From positions 501,435-525,434 of the forward strand of contig JBQKKG010000001.1 of the NCBI GenBank assembly GCA_052116865.1: 24,000 nt of DNA. The letters run 5' to 3'. The stretch's first letter is position 1, and each line of letters begins with the position of its first letter. Source of the DNA: Lachnospiraceae bacterium LCP25S3_G4 (GTDB taxonomy: Bacteria; Bacillota; Clostridia; Lachnospirales; Lachnospiraceae). Positions 1 to 9,115 of the stretch are shown piece after piece. The notes under the pieces are model-generated. The model was not told where the DNA came from. It saw only the letters and a program-made list of their open reading frames with translations, and did not search any database. Made by a program: the position numbers and the translations under genes.

Positions 1-468
1 TGCGTTGCAATTGTTAGTGTTTTTATAGATACATTTGTTATTTTAACATTAACAGCATTGGTAGTTTTAACTTCTGGAACCTTAAGACCAGATGGTTCTT
101 TGATAGGAACAGCTTTAACTCAATCAGCCTTTTCCACTGTTTTTGGTAGTTTTGGGAATATTTTTATTGCAATTTGTATGTTCTTCTTTGCGTTTTCAAC
201 TATTATTGGTTGGTATTTCTTTGGAGAAGCAAATGTTAAATATCTATTTGGTACAAAGGCCGTAAAGGTATATGCAATACTTGTATGTGTTATGGTTGTA
301 ATTGGCTCTACTCTTAAAGTAGAATTGGTATGGAGTATGGCTGATTTATTTAATGGACTAATGGTAATTCCAAACTTGGTTGCACTATTAGCGTTAAGCG
401 GTCTTGTTTGGAAAGTAAGTGCTGAGTATGACCAAATAAAAAAGAATCAAAAAAAACAAGATAAATAG
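1..468 (+). CDS. Alanine/glycine:cation symporter (AGCS family), C-terminal part; 5' end lies outside the window
   Basis: Frame 1 is open from base 1 (CVAIVSVFIDTFVILTLTAL...) through the stop at 466-468. The protein is very hydrophobic, with strings typical of AgcS-type carriers (FFAFSTIIGWYFFGE, DLFNGLMVIPNLVALLALSG). Confidence 0.8.
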   Translation, partial: CVAIVSVFIDTFVILTLTALVVLTSGTLRPDGSLIGTALTQSAFSTVFGSFGNIFIAICMFFFAFSTIIGWYFFGEANVKYLFGTKAVKVYAILVCVMVVIGSTLKVELVWSMADLFNGLMVIPNLVALLALSGLVWKVSAEYDQIKKNQKKQDK

Positions 469-478
469 TTCTATTTTA

Positions 479-526
479 ACAGCTAAAAGCTAGGAGGAAA
501 CTCTCTTTTCTTTTAGCTGTTTTTCT
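479..526 (+). terminator. Intrinsic terminator after the symporter gene
   Basis: ACAGCTAAAAG (479-489) pairs with CTTTTAGCTGT (510-520) and is followed by TTTTT. The ~20-nt loop is large. Confidence 0.55.
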
Positions 527-554
527 ATACAAAAAATATTTCTTATGATAAAAT
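526..554 (+). promoter_or_regulatory. Candidate sigma-A promoter for the aldo/keto reductase gene
   Basis: TATACA (526-531), 17-nt spacer, extended -10 TGaTAAAAT (546-554). Pattern match only. Confidence 0.35.
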
Positions 555-584
555 TAAAAAATAAAGAGTAAAGAAAAGGTGTGT

Positions 585-1691
585 ATGATGTATTATAAAA
601 AATATGGTAATACGCAGATGCAAGTGTCTGCGATTGGACTTGGAACAATGCGGTATGATGCTGAAGATGTTGCAAAGGGGCGACTAGAAGCGTGTGCAGA
701 AATACCTCTATATGCATTGGAAAAGGGAATTAATTATTGGGATACGGCGCCATTTTACTGTGATGACAAAAGTGAAATAGTAACTGGCATTGCTTTATCA
801 CAAGTAAAAAGAAGTGACGTCTATGTGACTTCTAAAACAAATCTAAATACGTTAGAACAAAGTACTTCAAGAGACGATTTTCGAAGAAGACTAGAGTTAT
901 CATTAAAACGTTTACAAACTGATTACATAGATTTTTATCATATGTGGTGTATGTTAAGTATTGAGTCTTGGGAGAAACACATGGATTCTTTATATAGATA
1001 TTTTGAAGAAGCTCAATCAGAAGGGATGATTCGTAATATTGTATTTTCTTCTCATATGCAGGGAAATGAGATTGAAACAGTAGTAAATAGCCAGAAGTTT
1101 AAAGGGATGCTAATTGGCTATAATGCATTGAATTATCGATTTAGACAAAGTGGAATTGAGGCAGCTTATAAAAAGGGTATGGGAGTCGTAGTGATGAATC
1201 CGCTAGGAGGTGGGATGATTCCGAATAACCCAGAACTTTTTTCTTATCTAACAGAAGGTACAGATCTAACTGTCAGTCAGGCGGCACTTCGGTTTGTCGC
1301 TTCACACAAAGAAATAACAATTACACTAGCAGGCTGCACTACAAAAGAACATGTAGATGATGCAGTTAAGGCGGTAGAAGGATTAGAAGAAAAGCCAACG
1401 AAACAAATTGTTCAGGATTATCATGATAAAGGCGCTGCGTTAAATAATTTGTGTACTAGTTGTGGATATTGCAAAGGATGTCCTGTGGGAATTGAGATAC
1501 CAAAGTATATGGACGCCTATAACCAAAAAGTTTTAACAGGTCAGGCACAAAAAATTACGGAACGTTTAGAGAACCATTGGGGAATTCCGAAAGAAAAAGC
1601 TGCCGATTGTCGTGGATGTAGTAGGTGCGAAATTGTATGTACACAACATCTTCCAATTATTCATAGATTGCAAGAAATTGCTAACTTATAA
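585..1691 (+). CDS. Aldo/keto reductase with a C-terminal 4Fe-4S ferredoxin-type domain
   Basis: The N-terminus is AKR-like (GLGTMR..., WDTAPFY, DYIDFYHMW). The C-terminus carries two Cys clusters (CTSCGYCKGCP and CRGCSRCEIVC). Start set at ATG 585, 5-6 nt after AAAAGG, rather than the GTG at 579 used in the ORF track. Confidence 0.8.
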   Translation: MMYYKKYGNTQMQVSAIGLGTMRYDAEDVAKGRLEACAEIPLYALEKGINYWDTAPFYCDDKSEIVTGIALSQVKRSDVYVTSKTNLNTLEQSTSRDDFRRRLELSLKRLQTDYIDFYHMWCMLSIESWEKHMDSLYRYFEEAQSEGMIRNIVFSSHMQGNEIETVVNSQKFKGMLIGYNALNYRFRQSGIEAAYKKGMGVVVMNPLGGGMIPNNPELFSYLTEGTDLTVSQAALRFVASHKEITITLAGCTTKEHVDDAVKAVEGLEEKPTKQIVQDYHDKGAALNNLCTSCGYCKGCPVGIEIPKYMDAYNQKVLTGQAQKITERLENHWGIPKEKAADCRGCSRCEIVCTQHLPIIHRLQEIANL

Positions 1692-1726
1692 AATTTTTTA
1701 ATATTGGCTAATGAGGAGGTTATGAA

Positions 1727-2164
1727 TTGAAAAAACGATTGGAGCAGGCCGCGAAGATACTAAAAGAGCAAAATGTAAGTTGTGTGATTTTAAAAGAGGG
1801 CCATCTACCATATTTATCGAATGAAATAGGAATCAAACCACTAATGGTCGAATTGCAGTCAGATAAGTATGCCTTTAGGGATGCAATTATTGCGGATAAG
1901 GTAGTAGGAAAAGCTGCAGCATTGATGGCCATATTGGGTGGTGCAATGGCAATTTATGGAGAGGTTATGAGTGAGGAAGCTATTGCGGTTCTAGAATCAC
2001 ATCATATTATATATGGATATGGAACAAAAGTATCTTATATTGAAAATCGTAGAAAAACGGACAGATGCCCCTTAGAAAATGCGGTCATGCATATTGACGA
2101 TCCTCAAATCGCCTTTGATGTGTTAGAGCAGACCATACGAAGGTTGATGCAACCGATACAATAA
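1727..2164 (+). CDS. DUF1893 (TM1506-like) domain protein
   Basis: 145 aa. TTG start lies 8 nt after GGAGG (1714-1718). The sequence (ADKVVGKAAALM..., RCPLENAV) matches my recollection of the DUF1893 family. Function is unknown. Confidence 0.65.
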   Translation: MKKRLEQAAKILKEQNVSCVILKEGHLPYLSNEIGIKPLMVELQSDKYAFRDAIIADKVVGKAAALMAILGGAMAIYGEVMSEEAIAVLESHHIIYGYGTKVSYIENRRKTDRCPLENAVMHIDDPQIAFDVLEQTIRRLMQPIQ

Positions 2165-2191
2165 AGAATTAGGATAAGGTATGAATATATG

Positions 2192-2248
2192 CTAGAACGT
2201 GGTACTGGTTTGAACTCCAGTGCCACGTTCTAGTTATTCGGATTTTTT
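2192..2248 (+). terminator. Intrinsic terminator
   Basis: CTAGAACGTGGTACTGG (2192-2208) pairs with CCAGTGCCACGTTCTAG (2217-2233), a 17-bp stem with one G-U pair. A T-rich tract (GATTTTTT) follows. Confidence 0.85.
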
Positions 2249-2481
2249 GATGTACATATTACACAACACAATTCTTGAGATAAGTTCTAAAATATTTTTG
2301 ATAATTACCTATAATTATTTCTCCAATCACACATATTATTAGGAGATAGAATTGGAAATTAAATTCTAAAATAATTCTAAAACATATAAACAAGAAATCA
2401 AGTAATGCGGAAAGAGGTTTTAAAATAAACAAAATTAGTGTATAGTAATAAATGATTGTAAATTTCAAATGGAGAAAAATT

Positions 2482-5097
2482 ATGGAAAAAAAAATAGTAT
2501 TAATAGATGGTCACAGTATATTAAATAGAGCATTTTATGGAGTACCAGATTTGACAAATTCTCAAGGACTTCATACAAATGCGATTTATGGGTTTTTAAA
2601 TATTTTATTTAAAATTATAGATGAAGAGCAACCGGATTATTTGACGGTCGCATTTGATGTGAGTGCACCTACCTTTCGCCATAAGATGTTTGAAGGGTAT
2701 AAGGGAACTAGAAAGCCTATGTCAGAGGAACTTAGAGAACAAGTACCCGTTATGAAAGAGGTATTACACGCAATGGGGGTTAAGACAATAGAAAAAGCTG
2801 GATTAGAGGCGGATGATTTATTAGGTACCATTGCGAATTTTTGTGAGCAGAAAGGCATTGAAGTATCGGTTATTTCTGGGGATCGTGACTTACTACAGTT
2901 AGCAACAGAACATGTAAAGATTAGAATACCAAAGACAAAACAAGGGAAAACAGAAGTTGAAGATTATTATGCAAATGAAGTGAAAGAACGGTATCAAGTG
3001 ACGCCAAAAGAGTTTATTGATCTTAAGGCATTAATGGGTGACGCATCAGACAATATTCCTGGAGTTCCTAGTATCGGGGAAAAGACTGCTACAAAAATTA
3101 TAACAGAATATGGATCGATTGAAAATGCATATGCACATATAGCGGAAGTAAAACCTCCAAGAGCCAGTAAAGCATTAGAGGAGCACTATGATTTGGCACA
3201 AATGAGCAAAGAACTTGCAACAATAGAAGTAAATGCAGAAATTGAGTTTGAATTAGAAGATGCAGCACTAGGAGATCTTTTTACTCCAGAAGCATATTCC
3301 TATTTTCAACAATTGCAATTTAAAAATCTATTAGGTCGTTTTCAGGTGATTTTACCTACTAACAAATTAGAAGAGTCTTTTCAATATATAGCAGATAAGA
3401 CAAAGGCAGAAGCTGTTTTTTTAAAAGCAAAAGCAGCCAATGTAGTTGGTGTTTCATTTTCGAAGGATACAAAAAATACATTACCACTTTTTATACATGA
3501 ATCAGGGATAGGTGGGATTGGAATAGCATTTGGCAAAGAAGATATCTATGTTATTCATGCACAAAATGATATAACCATAGAATTCTTGCTAGAACAGATT
3601 GGGCGATTATCTGCTTCGGTAAAGACTATTGCAATGATGGATATTAAAGAGGCCATAAATTACATCCCGTTTGTAGATCCACAGGTATGCTTTGATGTTA
3701 CAGTCGCATCTTATTTGTTAAACCCATTAAAAAATGATTATCACTGTGAGGATGTTGCAAGAGAGCATCTAGATCTTATTTTAAATGATAAGCTAGAGCT
3801 AGAAGTTAGGGCCTGCTATGAAGCATATATCGTATTTGCATCGGTGGAACCATTACAATATAAATTAAAGCAAACAAATATGTTACAGTTATTTGACACA
3901 ATTGAAATGCCATTAGTATTTGCGCTCTATGATATGGAACAAGCTGGAGTAAAGATTGAATCAGATGCATTGCATTATTATGGGGAGCAGCTAGGAGAAC
4001 GAATCAAAGATTTGGAGACCAGTATTTATGATATGGCAGGAGAGCAGTTCAATATTAATTCACCAAAACAATTGGGAATTGTACTTTTTGAACATCTAGA
4101 ATTACCAAATGGAAAAAAGACAAAAACTGGGTACTCTACTTCTGCGGATGTATTGGAAAAGCTTTCCGATGAATTTTCAATTGTTGCATTGATTTTAGAG
4201 TATCGTCAATTAACAAAATTAAAATCCACTTATGCAGATGGATTGGCTAATTATATAGGAGCAGATGGACGAATTCATGGTACATTTAATCAGACGATTA
4301 CGGCTACAGGAAGAATAAGCAGTACAGAACCCAATCTTCAAAATATTCCTATTCGAATGGAGTTAGGTCGGTTGATTCGGAAAGTATTTATTCCAGAGGA
4401 AGGATATGTATTTGTAGATGCTGATTACTCGCAAATTGAATTAAGAATTCTAGCACATTGTTCCGGTGATTCACAATTAATTAATGCTTATAAAGAGGCA
4501 AAAGATATTCATAAAATCACGGCTTCTCAAGTTTTTCACACGCCTTTTGATGATGTGACTGACTTACAACGTCGTAATGCTAAGGCTGTTAATTTTGGAA
4601 TTGTATACGGAATTAGTTCCTTTGGCCTTAGTCAAGATTTGAGTATTACGAAAAAGGAAGCTGCGAGTTATATTGAACGTTACTTTGAAACGTATCCGGG
4701 GATTAAACGGTTTTTAGATGATACAGTAGAACATGCGAAAAAGGATGGACATGTTGTAACACTTTTTGGGCGTAGACGTCCTATCCCAGAATTATCTTCT
4801 AGTAATTTCATGAAACGTTCCTTTGGGGAACGTGTAGCCATGAATTCACCAATCCAGGGAACGGCTGCTGACATTATGAAAATAGCGATGATTGGTGTGA
4901 ATAATAAGCTAAAAGAAAAGAATATGAAGTCTAAAGTGGTATTACAGGTGCATGACGAATTATTGATAGAGGCACATCAGGAAGAATTAGAAGAAGTAAA
5001 ACATATTTTAAAATATGAGATGGAACATGCCGCATCATTAGATGTTCCATTAGAAATTGATATGCATACAGGCACTAATTGGTATGAAACGAAATAA
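2482..5097 (+). CDS. polA: DNA polymerase I
   Basis: Has a 5'-nuclease domain (LIDGHSILNRAFY, GDASDNIPGVPGIG-like GDASDNIPGVPSIGEKTA) and family-A polymerase motifs (DYSQIELRILAH, RRNAKAVNFGIVYG, QVHDELL). ATG 2482 lies 7 nt after GGAG, so the ORF-track start at 2452 is probably too long. The central exonuclease-like region lacks an obvious DxE motif, as in other Firmicute PolI enzymes. Confidence 0.95.
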   Translation: MEKKIVLIDGHSILNRAFYGVPDLTNSQGLHTNAIYGFLNILFKIIDEEQPDYLTVAFDVSAPTFRHKMFEGYKGTRKPMSEELREQVPVMKEVLHAMGVKTIEKAGLEADDLLGTIANFCEQKGIEVSVISGDRDLLQLATEHVKIRIPKTKQGKTEVEDYYANEVKERYQVTPKEFIDLKALMGDASDNIPGVPSIGEKTATKIITEYGSIENAYAHIAEVKPPRASKALEEHYDLAQMSKELATIEVNAEIEFELEDAALGDLFTPEAYSYFQQLQFKNLLGRFQVILPTNKLEESFQYIADKTKAEAVFLKAKAANVVGVSFSKDTKNTLPLFIHESGIGGIGIAFGKEDIYVIHAQNDITIEFLLEQIGRLSASVKTIAMMDIKEAINYIPFVDPQVCFDVTVASYLLNPLKNDYHCEDVAREHLDLILNDKLELEVRACYEAYIVFASVEPLQYKLKQTNMLQLFDTIEMPLVFALYDMEQAGVKIESDALHYYGEQLGERIKDLETSIYDMAGEQFNINSPKQLGIVLFEHLELPNGKKTKTGYSTSADVLEKLSDEFSIVALILEYRQLTKLKSTYADGLANYIGADGRIHGTFNQTITATGRISSTEPNLQNIPIRMELGRLIRKVFIPEEGYVFVDADYSQIELRILAHCSGDSQLINAYKEAKDIHKITASQVFHTPFDDVTDLQRRNAKAVNFGIVYGISSFGLSQDLSITKKEAASYIERYFETYPGIKRFLDDTVEHAKKDGHVVTLFGRRRPIPELSSSNFMKRSFGERVAMNSPIQGTAADIMKIAMIGVNNKLKEKNMKSKVVLQVHDELLIEAHQEELEEVKHILKYEMEHAASLDVPLEIDMHTGTNWYETK

Positions 5098-5111
5098 CAG
5101 CAGAGGTGTTT

Positions 5112-5708
5112 ATGAAGATATTAGGAGTTACGGGTGGCGTTGGATCAGGTAAAAGTTCCATATTAGAATATTTAGAAAAGAACTACGGTGCAAAGGTATA
5201 TCAAGCTGATGCAATTGCTCATAAATTGCAAGAACCTCATAACCAATGCTATGAACGTATTGTGGAACATTTTGGCCGTGTAATTTTAAATGCAGATAGC
5301 ACGATAGATCGCAGTATATTAGGATCTATCGTGTTTCGTGATAGTAAAGAATTATCCGTATTAAATCAAATAGTACATCCAGAAGTCAAGTCCTATATTC
5401 TGGATTCAATCAAAGAAGAACAACAGTTAGGAACGGGACTGTATGTGTTGGAGGCTGCATTGTTGTTAGAAGATAATTATGATGAAATTTGTGATGACAT
5501 ATGGTACATTTTTGCGGATGAACAAACCAGAAGAATGCGATTAAAGGCTGATAGAGGTTATAGCGAGCAACGGATTAATACAGTATTACAATCACAGCTA
5601 TCAGAAGTAGAGTTCAAGAGTAAGTGTCATGTTACTATAGATAATAGTGGAGCATTAGAAACAACCTATCAACAGATAGATCAATTAATGGAGAAGTACA
5701 TATCATGA
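5112..5708 (+). CDS. coaE: Dephospho-CoA kinase
   Basis: MKILGVTGGVGSGKSS P-loop at the N-terminus, ~198 aa, and the classic position immediately downstream of polA. ATG 5112 follows AGAGG. Confidence 0.9.
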   Translation: MKILGVTGGVGSGKSSILEYLEKNYGAKVYQADAIAHKLQEPHNQCYERIVEHFGRVILNADSTIDRSILGSIVFRDSKELSVLNQIVHPEVKSYILDSIKEEQQLGTGLYVLEAALLLEDNYDEICDDIWYIFADEQTRRMRLKADRGYSEQRINTVLQSQLSEVEFKSKCHVTIDNSGALETTYQQIDQLMEKYIS

Positions 5709-6502
5709 GATTATGCAGTATAGCAAGTGGAAGTAGTGGAAATTGTATCTATGTAGGGAGTGACTCAACACATCTACTGATAGATACTGGAATTAGTAAA
5801 AAAAGAGTGGAAGAAGGATTACATAAAATTGGTATAAAGGGTGAAGAACTTAGTGGAATTTTAATTACCCATGAGCACAGTGATCATATCCAAGGGTTGG
5901 GAGTATTCAGTAGGAAGTATGGGATACCAATCTATGCAACAAAAGGAACGCTAGTAGGTATTAAAGAGTGTCAAAAATTAGGTCCTATGCCCGAAGGTCT
6001 GTATCAAGAAATTGAAGAAAATCAAAACTTTCAATTAGGAGATTTATATGTTCATCCCTTTACAATTTCTCATGATGCGAGACAGCCATCTGGTTATCGC
6101 ATAGAACAAAATCATAAGGCAGTTGCGGTAGCAACTGACCTTGGAAGATACGATGAATACACGGTTTCTAAATTACAATCCCTAGATGCAATACTATTGG
6201 AAGCAAATCATGATGTACACATGTTAGAAGTTGGAAGTTATCCGTATTATTTGAAGAAAAGGGTACTTGGTGATCGAGGACATTTATCAAATGAATTGTC
6301 AGGAAGATTACTTTGTGATATACTACATGACAATCTAAAACATGTCATACTTGGACATCTGAGTAAAGAGAATAACTATGCGAAACTTGCGTATGAAACA
6401 GTAAAGCTTGAAGTTACGATGAGTGATATACCATATCAAGGAAATGATATCAACCTAAGTGTAGCCAAAAGAGATACTGTATCAGATATAGTAACTATTT
6501 GA
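5705..6502 (+). CDS. MBL-fold metallo-hydrolase (YycJ/WalJ-like)
   Basis: Contains the HEHSDH metallo-beta-lactamase motif and an N-terminus (MRLCSIASGSSGNCIYV) typical of YycJ-like proteins. Its start overlaps the coaE stop (ATGA at 5705-5708), which suggests translational coupling. Confidence 0.8.
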   Translation: MRLCSIASGSSGNCIYVGSDSTHLLIDTGISKKRVEEGLHKIGIKGEELSGILITHEHSDHIQGLGVFSRKYGIPIYATKGTLVGIKECQKLGPMPEGLYQEIEENQNFQLGDLYVHPFTISHDARQPSGYRIEQNHKAVAVATDLGRYDEYTVSKLQSLDAILLEANHDVHMLEVGSYPYYLKKRVLGDRGHLSNELSGRLLCDILHDNLKHVILGHLSKENNYAKLAYETVKLEVTMSDIPYQGNDINLSVAKRDTVSDIVTI

Positions 6503-6523
6503 CAAAAAACAGGAGGAAGCGAC

Positions 6524-6796
6524 ATGAAGAAAAGTATTGTAACTGTAGTAGGACAAGATACCGTAGGTATTATTGCTAAGGTATGTACATATTTGGCCGA
6601 TAATGGTATCAACGTATTAGATATCTCTCAAACGATTGTACAGGGGTATTTTAATATGATGATGATAATTGATACAACTAATGCGAAGAAAGAACTTTCT
6701 GCTATATCAAATGACTTGGATGCGTTAGGAATTCAAATAGGGGTAAATATTCGTTGTCAAAGAGAAGAAATATTCAAGAAAATGCATAGACTCTAA
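6524..6796 (+). CDS. ACT-domain protein (UPF0237 family)
   Basis: 90 aa. The pattern VTVVGQDTVGIIAKVCTYLADNGINVLDISQT is a typical ACT fold signature. It sits directly upstream of a UPF0210 gene, which is the usual pairing. Confidence 0.8.
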   Translation: MKKSIVTVVGQDTVGIIAKVCTYLADNGINVLDISQTIVQGYFNMMMIIDTTNAKKELSAISNDLDALGIQIGVNIRCQREEIFKKMHRL

Positions 6797-6822
6797 TACA
6801 ACGAAAGGATAAGGAATGATGT

Positions 6823-8187
6823 ATGTTGAACTTATATGAAGTATCAGAAACAAACCAGATGATTGAGGAAGAGAACCTCGACGTTAGAACAATTACGTTA
6901 GGAATTAGTCTATTAGACTGTATAGATTCAGATTTAAATATATTAAAGCAAAATATCTATCATAAAATAACAACTATTGCGAAAGACTTAGTAGCAACAG
7001 GTAAAGAAATAGAACAAGATTTTGGAATACCAATTGTGAACAAAAGAATCTCCATAACACCGATATCACTAATCGGTGCAGCTGCATGTAAGTCATCAGA
7101 AGACTTTGTTGAGATTGCTAGGACATTGGATGAAGCTGCAAAAGTCGTTGGCGTAAACTTTATTGGTGGATACTCGGCACTCGTGTCTAAGGGGATGACC
7201 GCAAGTGATGAATATCTGATTCGTTCCATTCCGAAGGCATTATCAGTAACAGAACGAATTTGCAGTTCTGTAAATGTTGGCTCAACTAGATGTGGTATTA
7301 ATATGGATGCAGTTCGTTTATGTGGAGAAATTGTGAAATCAACAGCTGTTGCAACAAAGGATAATGATTCTTTGGGATGTGCAAAATTAGTGATTTTTTG
7401 CAATGCACCGGATGATAATCCATTTATGGCAGGTGCTTTTTTAGGTGTTACAGAAGCAGATGCTATAATTAATGTTGGAGTGAGTGGGCCAGGAGTTGTG
7501 AAACATGCCTTAGAGGCAGTGCGAGGGCAGGGATTTGAAAAGCTTTGTGAAACGATTAAAAAGACTGCATTTAAAGTGACTAGAGTTGGCCAGTTAGTGG
7601 CAGGCGAAGCTTCAAAACGGTTAGGAATTCCATTTGGAATTATCGATTTATCACTTGCACCTACGCCGGCTGTTGGTGATAGTGTTGCTGAAATCCTAGA
7701 AGAGATTGGTCTAGAGCGAGTAGGAGCACCTGGTACCACGGCGGCATTAGCTATGTTGAATGATCAAGTGAAAAAAGGAGGAGTTATGGCATCCTCATAT
7801 GTGGGTGGATTAAGTGGAGCGTTTATACCAGTAAGCGAGGATCAAGGCATGATTGACGCAGTGAATGCTGGGGCTTTGACGTTAGAAAAATTAGAAGCCA
7901 TGACATGTGTATGTTCGGTTGGACTTGATATGATAGCCATTCCTGGAAAAACTACAGCAACGACTATTGCAGGAATTATCGCAGACGAAATGGCAATTGG
8001 TATGGTTAATCAAAAGACAACAGCCGTTAGATTAATACCTGTCGTTGGAAAAGAAGTTGGTGAGGTTGCAGAATTTGGTGGGTTATTAGGATATGCTCCA
8101 ATCATGCCTGTGAATGAATTTTCATGTGAAGCATTTGTAAATCGAAAAGGTCGTATTCCGGCACCAATTCATAGTTTTAAAAATTAA
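6823..8187 (+). CDS. UPF0210 / DUF711 family protein (function unknown)
   Basis: 454 aa. The N-terminus (...[21 protein letters not shown]) and C-terminus ([11 protein letters not shown]) match my recollection of the UPF0210 family. Confidence 0.8.
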   Translation: MLNLYEVSETNQMIEEENLDVRTITLGISLLDCIDSDLNILKQNIYHKITTIAKDLVATGKEIEQDFGIPIVNKRISITPISLIGAAACKSSEDFVEIARTLDEAAKVVGVNFIGGYSALVSKGMTASDEYLIRSIPKALSVTERICSSVNVGSTRCGINMDAVRLCGEIVKSTAVATKDNDSLGCAKLVIFCNAPDDNPFMAGAFLGVTEADAIINVGVSGPGVVKHALEAVRGQGFEKLCETIKKTAFKVTRVGQLVAGEASKRLGIPFGIIDLSLAPTPAVGDSVAEILEEIGLERVGAPGTTAALAMLNDQVKKGGVMASSYVGGLSGAFIPVSEDQGMIDAVNAGALTLEKLEAMTCVCSVGLDMIAIPGKTTATTIAGIIADEMAIGMVNQKTTAVRLIPVVGKEVGEVAEFGGLLGYAPIMPVNEFSCEAFVNRKGRIPAPIHSFKN

Positions 8188-8205
8188 TTTAAAGGAAGAT
8201 TCAAT

Positions 8206-9057
8206 ATGAAAAAAATAGCAATAGTAACAGATAGCAATAGTGGCATCACGCAAGCGGAAGGAGAAATCCTTGGAGTAACAATATTACCAATGCCTTTTTA
8301 TATAGATGGAACATTATTTTTTGAGGATATCACATTAACGCAAGAGGAATTTTACAAAAAATTGGAGGAAAATTCCGATATTTCAACATCGCAGCCTTCG
8401 CCCGGAGATGTCATTGATTTGTGGGATGAATTATTAAAATCGTATGACGAAATTGTATATATTCCGATGTCTAGTGGATTGAGTAGTTCTTGTCAAACAG
8501 CTCAAATGCTTTCAGAAGAATATGAAGAACAAGTTTTTGTAGTAAATAATCAACGAATTTCTGTTACACAAAGGCAATCTGTTCTAGATGCTATTAGTCT
8601 TGCTGAGTCTGGAAAAAAAGGGAAAGAAATTAAGCAAATCTTAGAAGCAGAGAAGTTCGAATCAAGTATTTATATAACAGTAGATACATTAAAGTATTTG
8701 AAGAAAGGTGGTAGAATTACTCCAGCTGCGGCTGCCATAGGTACAGTTTTAAATTTAAAGCCGGTTCTTACAATCCAAGGAGAAAAGTTAGATGCCTATG
8801 CGAAGGTGCGCGGGTGGAAGCAAGCTAAAAAAACCATGTTAGAGGCAATGTCGAAAGATTTAGAAGAAAGATTTACAGACAAAGAGGTATGTATTTACGT
8901 TGCATATACTGGAAAAAAGGAAGATGTAGAATCTTGGGTACAAGAAGTAAAAGTTAGATTCCCAGAACGCGAATTTTTTATGGCACCCCTATCTCTTAGT
9001 GTATCGTGTCACTTAGGGCCGGGAGCCATGGCAATTGCATGCAGTAAAAAAATATAA
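8206..9057 (+). CDS. DegV family fatty-acid-binding protein
   Basis: MKKIAIVTDSNSGI... start, STSQPSPGD motif, LKKGGRI motif, and the ~283 aa length typical of DegV. Confidence 0.9.
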   Translation: MKKIAIVTDSNSGITQAEGEILGVTILPMPFYIDGTLFFEDITLTQEEFYKKLEENSDISTSQPSPGDVIDLWDELLKSYDEIVYIPMSSGLSSSCQTAQMLSEEYEEQVFVVNNQRISVTQRQSVLDAISLAESGKKGKEIKQILEAEKFESSIYITVDTLKYLKKGGRITPAAAAIGTVLNLKPVLTIQGEKLDAYAKVRGWKQAKKTMLEAMSKDLEERFTDKEVCIYVAYTGKKEDVESWVQEVKVRFPEREFFMAPLSLSVSCHLGPGAMAIACSKKI

Positions 9058-9060
9058 TAA

Positions 9061-9112
9061 AAAAGACATATAATACAACGTCTAAGAGCGGGCACATATT
9101 ATATGTCTTTTT
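9061..9112. terminator. Bidirectional intrinsic terminator between convergent degV and tmcAL
   Basis: AAAAGACATATAAT (9061-9074) pairs with ATTATATGTCTTTT (9099-9112). The A-run and T-run flanks allow it to work on both strands. Confidence 0.7.
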
Positions 9113-9115
9113 ACA

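Noticed and set aside
490-717. 75-aa reverse-strand ORF overlapping the terminator and the 5' end of the AKR gene
   Set aside because: It overlaps a terminator hairpin and a supported CDS, with no RBS or recognisable domain.
2259-2468. 69-aa hydrophobic reverse-strand ORF in the polA upstream region (possible small membrane protein)
   Set aside because: It has a TTG start with no Shine-Dalgarno sequence and lies in very AT-rich DNA, where Phe/Ile/Leu/Tyr-rich ORFs arise by chance. Its start would also overlap the polA RBS region.
6960-7739. 259-aa reverse-strand ORF inside the UPF0210 gene
   Set aside because: It is fully antisense to a well-supported gene. The product is low-complexity and rich in S/T/P/A, with no recognisable motifs and no RBS. 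This is a typical antisense-frame artefact.
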